Source of the DNA: Eledone cirrhosa
Lineage: Eukaryota
Assembly: GCA_964016885.1 (NCBI GenBank)
Contig: OZ024747.1
Span: 28,830,001 to 28,894,000 of the forward strand
Direction of reading: 5' to 3'
DNA length: 64,000 bases
The notes below the pieces were generated by a model, which saw only the letters and a list, made by a program, of their open reading frames with translations, ran no database searches and was not told the origin of the DNA. Position 1 is the stretch's first letter; every line of letters starts with the position of its first letter. Both the position numbers and the translations under genes were made by a program. This document shows, piece by piece, positions 52,541-64,000 of this stretch.

Positions 52541-55079
52541 GCCATAAGCTTGGATCAATCAACTATTTACTCTAAACTAACAACTGCAGCAGCTACACCA
52601 TAACATTGATAGTGGTTTGTTAACTTATAGTGCTGGGTTCAACTTTTCCTGTCAGTCTGAATAATTTATTTTTCTTAATATTTTATCACTAAAGCTGTTT
52701 AATGCTTTACAGTATTTATTCTGGCTCTTTGTGCTCTTGGGTAAAGTTCCACTATGGTAAACTTTGCCTTTTATCCTTTCTTGGTCAATAAGTACAGTGT
52801 TAGTTCAATACTGGGGTCGATTCTTCATATATGTTACTTTCTCACTTCTCTGTTTGTCCCCCACTCCCCTTCTCCCTCGTTCTCTGGAAAAAATCAACAC
52901 AAATGAATATAACAATAGTCAATCACTGTAAATAATAGTTGAGAAAATTGGGTAAAGTACCCTTGGAGATGGAAAAAGGGGATAGAAACACCATTTTAAA
53001 AAATATATTCTGGTAACAATCATGATAAATTAATGAAATGGAATTTTCGCCATTTTATAATTCAAGAAAATTAGTAATTTGTTTCTTGAATTAATTATAC
53101 CATTTATGAATAATTTCATCTTAGGAATAGTACATATAAAAATGAGAAAACTCATCACTAGAACAGCCATTAAAACAGCTAAATGCTGTCAAAGACAGTG
53201 ATGGGCAAAAATGCCTCAGAGGACAGAGCCCAGTGGCCAGTGGTCAACAGAGAGACAATCCACAAGATGGGTGACAGGCAGATGAAACACAGAAAAGATT
53301 GAAAGAGGAGGACAAGAAGTGTTTTGGCACACAGAAGTGAGAGGAAGAAGGAAATAAAGAAAGACGATGTAATGTTAAAAATATGATGATAGCAATATTA
53401 GAGTGTTACCTGGCAGTTCTTTATAGGTCTTTATATTTTTGTTGCTCTTAAACTTAAGAGCAACAAAAAAATATACAGCCCTTAACTAGTTTCCTCTATT
53501 AATCCTTTGATGAAGGAATTTCATCCCAAAATATAAGGACCTACAAAGAATTGCAAGGTAACATCCCAAAATCAGTGTTGTCATCACATTTTTAACATTT
53601 ACCATCCAATTCATTCTTTTTGTAGTCTCCAAACAAAACATTATTTTTTACAATTTACACAATGCTTCAAACAAACAACAACACCCTCTCATCTTAGGAA
53701 TATTTTTATTTTTTTATTTTCAGCAACACTTTTCCCATCCTTTTTTCCTCCTTGGAAACCCAAATAGTCTACAGGGAGTAGTTAACTGTAGTTTGATGGG
53801 TGAAGTCGATAAAGAGATAAAACTTCCCTTGCCTATGATGTCAATCTATTACAGGAGGTAACTCACCAAAGATAATTGGTATGTATTCTTAACTGATTCA
53901 CAGAGAGAAAGATAGAGATAGATGGAGAGATATATAGAGATAGATAGATAGACATATATATAAATAGAGAGAGAGAGGTGGGGTTGGCAGCTGGATCATA
54001 TCTGTTGGCTAGGTAAAATTTATAAGAATTATGTATGCATTTAGTGGATATAAACATTCCTGGCATTGCAATAATGACCTTTAACTTAAAACAAGTGACC
54101 AGAGTTTTATTTCTCTTAGAATCTTCTCAGTACCAATATAGATGATTAGTTATTAGAATTGGCAGGTTAGTGATGGTGTGTTAGTGAAAGAGTGTGGAGC
54201 TAAAAAATATAAACTAGGATTCCAGACTTCGAAATGTGTTTTCTTTTTTTTTTTCATTATTTTCATCATACCTTTTTCTACAAGGCCTCCTGACATAATG
54301 CTGACATACAACAAACTGCTGCAATGTTGATTCAGTGGAAAACATAACTTGGCCCCAATACCTTTCAGTCTAGTGTGTTTTTGCAAATACAAGGGCTGCA
54401 TTTTCATATCCATTGCCAATCTTGGCTTGCAGGCGGATTTGCAATATTTTGCCCAAATTCAACTCCAGTGTGTTACAGTCATATGACACACCCCTGTACA
54501 TCTTAGAAGCAGAGCAACTCTAATTTTTTAATGAAATTGTAGGAGAATGTGAAGTGTTGTTTTGATGATACAATGTTCTCTAGGGTTTGCTTTACTAGGG
54601 AAACAACTTCCACAACTCTTCTCGTCAGAATATGAACCACCAATTGGGTATTTGTTAATAGCATGAAACCTCATGCTCTGAGTAACTTGTGTTGTACAGA
54701 ATTACTATTTGAGCTCTTTGTCCATTTTTGAAGTATACATACTTAACAAGAACAAAGCTTAAAAACAAATACACAAACTTTAAATGAGTATAACATTTTT
54801 TTATTTATGGAATATATCATGTACCCAGTTTAATAGAAAAAGAAAAAAAGAAAATTTAGATTGGGAAGAAAAAATCAAATGTAAAATAGGAAAATATGAA
54901 GGAAAAAAAACAAACAAATGGAAAGGGGAGGGAGTGGCAAGGACTCTAGTGTCACAGAAAAATGGGGAGGGTGAGGGTAATTGGACTCTGGACCTAGGGT
55001 GCAGCGGTAATGGGGCTGTGCCCCAATAAGCCAAAAACTGTGATACAAATATTTAAATATTGATGATGATGGAATAGAT

Positions 55080-55675
55080 TGCAACTATTGGAAGTATTTT
55101 GTAAAGAACAATGTAGAAGAGGCGATATTTTGCAATAATTGAGAAATTAAAATTTTTGCGAGATTGTTGAAGTTTAGAGAACTACTAGCTCTGTTGACAA
55201 CAAAGGGTTTCTCCCTACGAATGAAAGGTCAGCTGTATGACACGTGTGTGAAGTGCAATGCTGCACAGTAGTGAGACATGGATAGTGAACACGGTAGATA
55301 TGTGAAGGCTGGATAGAAAGGAAACAAGCATGCTTCGATCGATATGCAATGTTAATGTGTGTGAACAATAAGGCATGGATGAATCAAAGGAAAAATAGCA
55401 GGAATCAAATGTAGGGTACAAGAGAGAAGACTGTGGTTGTATGGACATCTGATGCATATGAATGATGATCGATGTGTTAAAAAGTGCCTAGAAATCCCAG
55501 TGGAAGGAATCTGCAGGAGAGGAAGATCAAGGAGATAGTGAGCTGATCTCAAGTCACTGAAGCTCACAAAGGAGATGACAAAGAAATGCAGCACATGAAG
55601 GGATGTTGTACTGAAAAAGACCCATCCAATCTATGCAAGCATAGAAAAGTGAACACAAAATGGTAATGATTATTG
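55080..55675 (+). mobile_element. Decayed RTE 3' portion
   Basis: Similar to 1400-1900 and 61100-61620. Confidence 0.8.
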
Positions 55676-55699
55676 TAAAGGAGGGAAAATTGTTGCTCA

Positions 55700-58600
55700 T
55701 CTACCCCAAAGGATGCCTCCCAGGTTCATCTTGTCCAGAATGGGGTATATGCATAAGTGCCCTACCTGCTAAAACTCTGTCCAGAACATATAAACATATA
55801 ATCCCAGCACCTACGACCAACTGACCCTTATACTTACAGAAAGGCCCCCAACCCTATATCCCCCCCTGATCTCAAAGATCACCTCACTACATGTGAAAGT
55901 CCACCATCTATCCAAGTGGCCGATGCTCCTGCTGTGACCTCCACAGAGCTGGGGCACCACTCACATCCTCTCCTCCTTCATTGTCATCCAATGAACTGAT
56001 GATCCTGTGAACATATCAAAATATGACACAGAATTTCATCCATGGACACATTGTTTTTGGAATTTACATCTATTACAGTTCCTTTCCTGTATGAATGCAG
56101 GCCTTCCCTCTTCCACAGGTCCCTGAACATGGCTGTTGCCATTTATATTAAAATGTTTCTTTGTGTGGTACCAACTCTTCAGCTTGATCTGACAGAGGCG
56201 AGATATTATACCAAAACACTGCCTTAATTGGTAATATATATCCCCTGTTGGTAGTGCATCACATCCACTGCTAGTCGTTTCCAGTTGTGTTTCATTGGAA
56301 TGTTTCCCATCTTGTGCACACCCTAACCACTTTCTGAATGCTCTGGCAGATAATATCAGAGTTTATTTTCCTGACTAAGATCAGAGTCCTATCCACTCCC
56401 CATATGATGCATGGTATGCAGTCTCTTTAACTCCGAGTCACTCAGCTGACACACTGCAGCTACCCTACTCTGAATCTGCTGGCACTTCCAACAAGGTTTT
56501 CTTCACCTTGTTTAAAATGACCTTACTCCCTTCCGAGGTCACAGAGACCACACTCAGCTTCAGGTCAAACTCAGCAACTAGCTCTCCCATAATTCCTAGG
56601 TGGCACTTTATTAATATCTTTCATCCTTGTTGTTCATAGCCTCCTCTCATTGGTGATTACTGATCTCACCCATCCAAGTTTAGTGGCCAAATCAGTTCGG
56701 ATGTTGATAGTACAGAGGCCCCATGTCAGGGCCAGATTCACTCCCTTCAGCATGGTGTCTAATTCAACCATGTTGATGTGGTTGCAGTTATCCTTCTTCC
56801 TGAGCCAGGCTGCATCCTCCACCTTGACACACCCTTTTTCCAGAACAACCCCTATCACTATGCTGCTAGCATTGCACCAAACAGTCCAGTTCTCTAATCT
56901 GGGTAAATACCAGCTTCCTCTTACTGGGTCCTCCACCCTTATCCTCTCCAGGATCTCCCACATCATAGCCACCATCCTCTCTCCCTCTTTGTCCCCACCC
57001 CAGCTCCCCCGTCTGCTCATCACCTGACATGGATACATGCTGTTCGGAGCCATTCTGCAATTGGATAGTGGCCCACCAGTCTCTCACACATCAGGAACTT
57101 GTCTGTTCATGCTGGTGCTCACTTCTGGGATTTCATTTCCTCTCTGAAATATCAATATGACTGCCATGTATCTTCATAGCTTGAGCCCCAATGCAGCTCT
57201 TCCTTTCATTGCTCCCAGTAGTTTTGTGGTTAATGCAAACCTCTTTAGGTGGCCTATGATTTTTGTTGCTGACACCACGATCTCATCCAAGATGTTAATA
57301 TATTGGTGGCCCTTTTCACCTTGTCCACCTTTCCCAGGATGGCCTTGAGAACCATCGCCATGATTTTTGGTGCTTAATTCAACTGAAACTTAACCTGGTC
57401 AAACAGTACATCTGACCCTTATATCTTACCAGCTGATACTTCCATAGTTTCTTGGCCACATCTAGCTGCAGATACGCAAACTTCAAGTCAACAATAGTGG
57501 AATCCCCAGTCATCTGTCTACATTCTTGCAAGGTTTCCCTGCAGACGTTTGTAACCTCATCACCCATGTGGCACGATACGTAGTTGTTCAACATTCAAAG
57601 GTCCAGTACCAGCTTGACCTTGTTTTTCATTGGCTACACCACAGCCATTAGTGGCAACATTCCACTCTTTAGCTCCTCATTCCAGAGGATGAAAATACCC
57701 TCCTCGATCCCTCTTTCCACCTCTCTCTTGAACTTGCTCCTGGTATCTCCTTTCAAGGTATGCTGAATAGCAGCTCACCCTATTACTCAATGTTGGGACC
57801 TCTCCCTTCCAGTACCACTCAACTCTCCACCACAGACCATTGAACAGACAGCCTGAAAATCCTTGTTTTCAATGGTGTGTGAAGCACATTTTCCTTCAGG
57901 GCTCTCCCAACTCTCCTGTTGTATACTATGGCATATGGTGCCCCTGCACCACCAACCGTTACCCCATTCTCTCTAACTGTAACACCTAAATGGCTGATCA
58001 TATCCATGTCCATTATCACATCAACTCCATCTACGATGGGGTCGATCACAATTGTTCACAACCTTATTCTCGTTCCTCACACCATCTCCACTTCACTGCT
58101 GACTCTCCATCTAATTTCTCTGCTCTCAACTACTCTCACACTTCTCATTCCAATCTACTTTTTAACCATCTTCAGGGTCACTAAGGTCATTGTGCAACTC
58201 GTGTCAAAGAGGCCTCATGACACCTTCCCCCACTACAAGTAGTGACTGCAGGAGTGCCTCTATTTGCTTGCAGGGATAGCTACCATGCAGTAGTTGCCCT
58301 TTGACCATTCCCTTGGCTGCAGTTGCTGGCGATATGGCCTGCATGCTTACACCATAGCAAATTAGCTCAGGTTTTGGTTCCTTGCAGGCCTTTAAACGAT
58401 CATGGCCACTCTGCAATTCTTCTTTCTTCATCATTTGTTGAATGCTGCCTAATGCTGTATGCTTCTGTTGCTGCTTGTGTCATAGCATTCTGTCCAATGC
58501 TTCATGTTAACACATGGGCTTGAACGAATAATTGACCTATGGACAGCCTCATCAATATTTCCTCAGGGAAACTGTTTTTGAATGCTATCCACATCACCTT

Positions 58601-59112
58601 TTCCAGGATTCCTCCTGTAAATCCAGAGAGTGTGGCCAATATTTGAATTTCTACCACACACATCCACCTGCTCTTTGATCCAGATCACCTTTCCTAGTTT
58701 GGCAAATGCAGCGAATGACCCTTCCGTGAACACTTCCTTTAAGTGCCGTTCAATCTTCTCTATGTCCAGTTGATCTGCTTCGTCCTTCTCGAGGTTCAAT
58801 GGCAACACATTTCCCAGTGCCATGAGGCTTGCCACATCTTCGATGCCTTGCAGGCTGGCCACCACCTCGATCTTCCGAATCCAGGTGAATACATCATCCT
58901 CGGCACAGAAAGGTCTGGTGACATTGCTACCAATTCTTAACTTTGTCAACATTGTCTGCAGCCAGGAATGAGAGAAGATAGAAAAAAAATGCACAATGTT
59001 AAAATAGGTTGTTGTACAGCTCACCTATTTCACGGAATCTTTGGTTGATCTTGTCCAGAATGTGCCCTACCCACCAAACTTCTGACCAGAACATATAAGC
59101 ATATAGCTCCAG
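55700..59112 (-). mobile_element. Decayed Gypsy-type LTR retrotransposon (gag, zinc knuckle, protease, RT, RNase H, integrase remnants)
   Basis: Direct terminal similarity atcttgtccagaat..gtgccctacc..ccagaacatata at about 55727-55812 and 59047-59112. Gag-like ORF 58563-59024, ICYG..H knuckle, FDTSCT protease, IVDLKFAYLQL RT, VWCNASS..HINMVELD RNase H. Confidence 0.8.
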
Positions 59113-59124
59113 TGCAAATAGCAA

Positions 59125-60113
59125 AATCACATTCTTTCTTGATCAGCAATGCAATGGTCTCAGCATTTCTGCCATTTTTGGAATCCGGCCTGGAAGTCAT
59201 TTTTTGTAAGCAAGTTGAGAACTTTCTGTGATTCACTCAGGATCTCAGCAACAGTGTTAAAATAGTGACCTTTGAGCTGCATTTCAGCTTGTAGAAGAGG
59301 GTGCATTGTTATTTGTGAAGAATCCAATTCTTTGTGCTCCACAGATTGAACGTCCTCCTTCAAACACCTCAAAACATTGGAGTGGAACTCTCAATTGATA
59401 GTCTGACCCTCGGGGACAAAAAACGATGAGCATGCTCTTGATTGAGATGTGGCTCTGTCATACCTTCTTCAGTTATGGAGATGAAGGGCATTTCCACTGT
59501 GTCAACTGCTGCTTTGTCTCAGAGTCGTACCTGAAGCCCCCACTCTCATCACTGGAGATAATCTTCGATATGAAGGATGGGTCATTAGCGGCAATATTGA
59601 CAGACTTCGACACAATGTTCTTTCTGTTCAGTGGTCAGCAGATGGAGGCAAACTTGGCAGTGACATGCCCTATGTTCAATTCAGGCGTTAGGATTGCTTA
59701 CATGGACCCAAACGACAGACCAACAACATCAGCAATATCGTAGATTGTCCTGACGATCCTCATGCACAAGCTGATTAATTTTCAGGAACGATGCTCGTGG
59801 CAGGTCTTCCAGATCATTCATCATCTTCGAGGGACGTTCTTCCCCTTTTTAAATGCCTGTGCCACTCAAAACATTGCATGCGACTCATTGCCTTATTGTC
59901 ATAAGCTTGCCAAAGCATGCTCAATGTCTCTGTAGCAGACTTCCCAAATTGAATGCAAAGTTTCACGTTCCTGTTCATGACAAAATCAAAATGAACACAC
60001 CGATGCCACTTGGCACACTGGCGCATGAAGGTCATTGCTAGCTCTCACTGCCATGTGGTGCCATCTGTTGGTGCACTACAGAACTAGCCTAGAAACATTT
60101 TGATATCACCATG
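59125..60113 (-). mobile_element. Decayed mariner (Mos1-like) DNA transposon
   Basis: N-terminal HTH-like GKSATETLSML..QAY..AMSR.QCFEW..LKRGRTSLEDDE; C-terminal FQAGFQKWQ. Confidence 0.8.
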
Positions 60114-60494
60114 TATATATATATATATATATATATATCATCATCATCGTTTAACGTCCATCTTCCATGCTAACATGGGTTAGACAGGAATTATCCCACT
60201 TGAAGCAAGATTGATTGGGTGACCATGTCTCGCTTGTATAGGACTGTATCTGGGAGGTTTTCTACGGCTGGATGCCCTTCCTAACACCAATATATATATA
60301 TATATGTGTGTCTGATGGTAGCTAAGATGCTTCTATAGGCGGTATGCCGGTTGAGCACTCTATGCTCTTACAGAGCAGAGTATGATAGAATAGAAAACAA
60401 AAAATCAGTGATGCATCTGAACTCAATTTATTGTGTGTTACAATTGTTTCCCCGGCGGACAGCTCGAGACGCGATCATTGTGTGGATCTGTCTG

Positions 60495-60678
60495 ATTCTG
60501 GACCCGCAGGTTCGACGGACACGTCTAATGATTTCGGAGTATATTCTCTCACTGGAGTATCTGACCCTCTGGGCCAGTACCTCCTTTTGACGATACTGGC
60601 CCAGAGGGTCAGATACCCCAGTGAGAGAATATGCTCCGAAATCATTAGACGTGTCCGTCGAACCTGCGGGTCCAGAAT
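60495..60678. repeat. 85-bp-arm GC-rich near-perfect palindrome
   Basis: Arms 60495-60579 and 60594-60678 with 2 substitutions and a 14-nt spacer. Confidence 0.9.
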
Positions 60679-60769
60679 GTCTTGCTTTAAAGGCATCTAA
60701 TATATTATATCATAGTTCCTTCTCCTTTTTTCTTATGATATATGTCTCTTAATTTGATATATATATATA

Positions 60770-61635
60770 TATAGCTAAAACAAGTGTTGATAAGTAGAAG
60801 AGAGGACAATACTCTGATTCCATTGGGGAAATGGCCATGTTCGATATGTAGGAAAGGAACTGGCATAAATTCCATAAAATGTACGCAATGCAGATCTTGG
60901 GTACACAAGAGATGTAGTGGGATAGCAGGTAAACTAACAGGTAGGGAAAACTATGTATGCAGTAGATGTATAGGGAAAGTTGGCAGTAGTAATCGCAGTG
61001 ATAGACACATTTTTCCAATGCAGGTGGGTTCTATAGAAGTGGTTGAGAGCTTCCGGTACCTAGGCGATCAGATTAGCATGGGAGGGGCGCGTTCCGAGGC
61101 CATAGTATCTAGAATAAGGATGGGATGGAAGAAGTTTAGGGAGCTGCTTCCTCTGTTGACAAAGAAGGGTTTCTCCCTGCGTATGAAAGGATGATTATAT
61201 GATGCCTGTGTGAGTTACGCGATGCTGCATGGTAGTGAGACATGGGCAGCAACTGCAGAAGATATGCGACGGCTGGAGAGAAATGAAGCAAGTATGCTCC
61301 ATTGGATGTGCAATGCCAATGTGTGTGAACGACCCAGCATAGATGAGTTGAGAAAGAAACTGGGTATAAGAGGGATAAGTTGTGGTGAGATGGTATGGAC
61401 ATGTGATGCGCATGGAGGATGACCGCTGAGTAAAGAAGTGTCAAGAAATCCCAGTAGAAGGAAGACGCAGTAGAGGTAGACCACGAAAAACATAGGTGGA
61501 GATGGTGACAGCAGACCTCAGATCACTGAAACTCACGGAGGAGATGACGAAGGACCGTGACAAGTGGAGAGATGCTGTGCTGAATAGGAACCGTCCAACC
61601 CTTGCAAGCAGGTAAAATGATGATGATGATGATGG
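60770..61635 (+). mobile_element. 5'-truncated RTE copy with PHD finger and (TGA)n tail
   Basis: WPCSICRKG..CTQCRSWVHKRCSG..CSRC, ESFRYLGD, MLHGSETW; tail at 61618-61633. Confidence 0.9.
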
Positions 61636-63155
61636 TGATATATATATATATATACAAGATATACAAGAACACACATACTCACACACACGTGTGTGTGTAT
61701 GTGCGTATTTATATGTCCTGTAACTTAGCGGTTCAACAAATAAAGATCGATAAAATAAATAAGTAATGGAGTCAATTTAATCCACTAGATTCCTTGAAAG
61801 TGCTGCTCCAGGATGACCACAGTTCATAGAACCAATAATAGAATAAGATTTTATATATATATATATAGAGAGAGAGAGAGTGAAGGGTGTGAAAACCCGG
61901 ACCTTGTGATTGTAAGTGAACTTCTTGTAGTAACATGACTGAATTAGGAAAGGCATTGTGCATGTGTGTGCATATTTGTTTGTGTACATTTTAACGAGTT
62001 ACAGACACACACATATATATAAGAGGGAAAAGGAATGGAAAGGTGCTGATCGTCATTTAAAATGCATTGTCTTTGATATCACTTTATTCCTACTTTTCCA
62101 TTGTCTTTCATTTAAACTCACATCTCCTCGGCCCCAGGAGGGTGGGGGCGATTTATATATATATTTATATCAGTAATGGGCAATCACTAAGAAAATCCAT
62201 TCTTCCTCACGTGCTGCTGAAATACATCTCATAAATAGATACATAATAAAATTAAAATAACTAGTTAGTTACTATTTCACTGTTTATATGTTTCGTCTGT
62301 GGCCATGCTACAGCACCTTATGTAATGATATGTTTATATTCCATTCCTTTTTGTACAAGTGTTCATTATTTCATATTTATTTAAATAGCTTTCAAATTAA
62401 TTTTGGAAAAAAAGGAAAAAAACAGTAACAAAAATATTTTGTAATTAAGATTAACTAATATTAACCTCTATTGTAAAAAAGAAAGGCAAAAAGATTTTTT
62501 TCAAAAATCGAATTGAAAAAATAAAATTCAATATTATATTAAAAATTTACTTAGTTCTGGAAGTTAACTAACTATTAAGTATAATTAATATTTTCCCCAT
62601 CGTTTTAATAAATAATAAAAATCTATGCTGCATTCTTTTGTGGAATTAATTCTTCCTTTCTCTTTCACTCTCTCCAAATAAAATAAGATCCGAGAAATAT
62701 AATAATAATTATTAGTATATTTCTTTATTTTAAAACTGATCCCTAAAAAACCACCCACAAAATGTAAATAACGCGGCTATCCTTTAATAAACGCTGAAAG
62801 CCCTTTTTTATAGTTCCTTCCATTTACCGAAATATAAAATATAAAAAGAAAAATAGAATTAAAGAGAGAGTGAAAGAAGGAGAAAAAAGAAATAGGAAAA
62901 TAGAGAGAAAAAAGAAATAGGAAAATGGAGAGAAAAAGAGAGAATGAAGAAAGAGAGAAAGAAGAAATAAATAATAGCAAGAGAAAGAGAATGAGAAAAA
63001 AAAAGATAGAGGGAGGAAGAGCGAGAGAGAAAGAAAAAGGGAAAAAAGAGAGAGAGAGATTGAATACATCGGTGAAAAAAGAACAAAAAGTGAAAAAAAA
63101 CTGTTATGAAATTATTTCATTTTCAATTTAGAACAAAAGGTAGCGGCGTTTCACG

Positions 63156-63214
<59 letters not shown>

Positions 63215-63269
63215 TAATATATATGTTTGTATATACATATATATGTTTGTATATTTATAGTAAGTATAT

Positions 63270-63306
<37 letters not shown>

Positions 63307-63863
63307 GTGTCGGTCACTAGTATAAAGTTATAGTAAGAAACAATCAACCAACACTTTCATTAAATAAGTTTATGTAGAATTAATTCTATACGGAATTTAA
63401 TATAAAACATATGTAAACACATTTGTATATATTTCTATTTCTATGTGTAGTTGTTTTCTTTCCGTTCCACACTTTAATTATTCTTTCTTTAATAAGACCG
63501 AACGGTTATTTATAGCAATTATATAAATTAACTATAAGATAATCTAAAGATCTCAATTTAAGGACCAAATTCACATTTAAGTGCTTTCATGACGTACATT
63601 GATGATAATAATATTAATAAAAAAAACATGAAGACAAATTTATTCATAGCCCATCCCATATCCTTTCTTTGGTTCGTTTTTCTTTTTATACATCATCAAT
63701 TTCCTTACGAATGTTGCTATCCAAGAAAACCGAATATTTCGAGAAGAACGTAAAGCCCCTTAATAAAGGCAAGCACTTAGGCCAGGCTAATTGTGTGTGT
63801 GTCGTATGTCACAACCATGAGGCGTTGAACACGATTGTGCTTCTTTACCCAGAATCCTCAGTA

Positions 63864-63998
63864 TCAGTGGCTACCCACAACTGAAGCCGAAGCGGCCTTT
63901 ACATCTGTGGAGCTTCTCGCTTTGGTTAGCTCCTGCTTTTGTCGCCAGAGTACGTCCACGGTAAGTGCGCCGAAACCTTCTTCTCTAGCATCGTGCGT
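63864..63998 (-). CDS. Possible last coding exon of an unidentified host gene, running off the window
   Basis: Stop-free minus frame THDAREEGFGALTVDVLWRQKQELTKARSSTDVKAASASVVGSH*, in CpG-rich non-repetitive sequence followed by AT-rich UTR-like DNA. No motif recognised. Confidence 0.25.
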   Translation of the reverse strand, partial: THDAREEGFGALTVDVLWRQKQELTKARSSTDVKAASASVVGSH

Positions 63999-64000
63999 TT

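Overview
AT-rich, repeat-dominated eukaryotic genomic DNA. The SINE/RTE/microsatellite repertoire resembles an octopus-like cephalopod (inference). No complete host gene is visible; the only candidate is a possible terminal coding exon at the right edge. The window holds a nearly intact RTE-clade LINE with a PHD finger inside the RT region, plus many RTE, CR1, CRE and R4 fragments. It also has two tRNA-derived SINE families, piggyBac-type and Tc1/mariner-type MITEs, a decayed Gypsy LTR element, a decayed mariner, minisatellites, a long (TG)n tract and one assembly gap. The most notable signal is about ten type I hammerhead ribozyme motifs (CUGANGA...GAAA...UH), some intact and some decayed. 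Many sit in or beside (TA)n tracts, several within fold-back inverted repeats, as expected for Penelope-like retroelement ends. Several have unusually long stem II helices with a recurring C·C (Y·Y) mismatch at the 4th pair. All structures were folded by eye, not computed.
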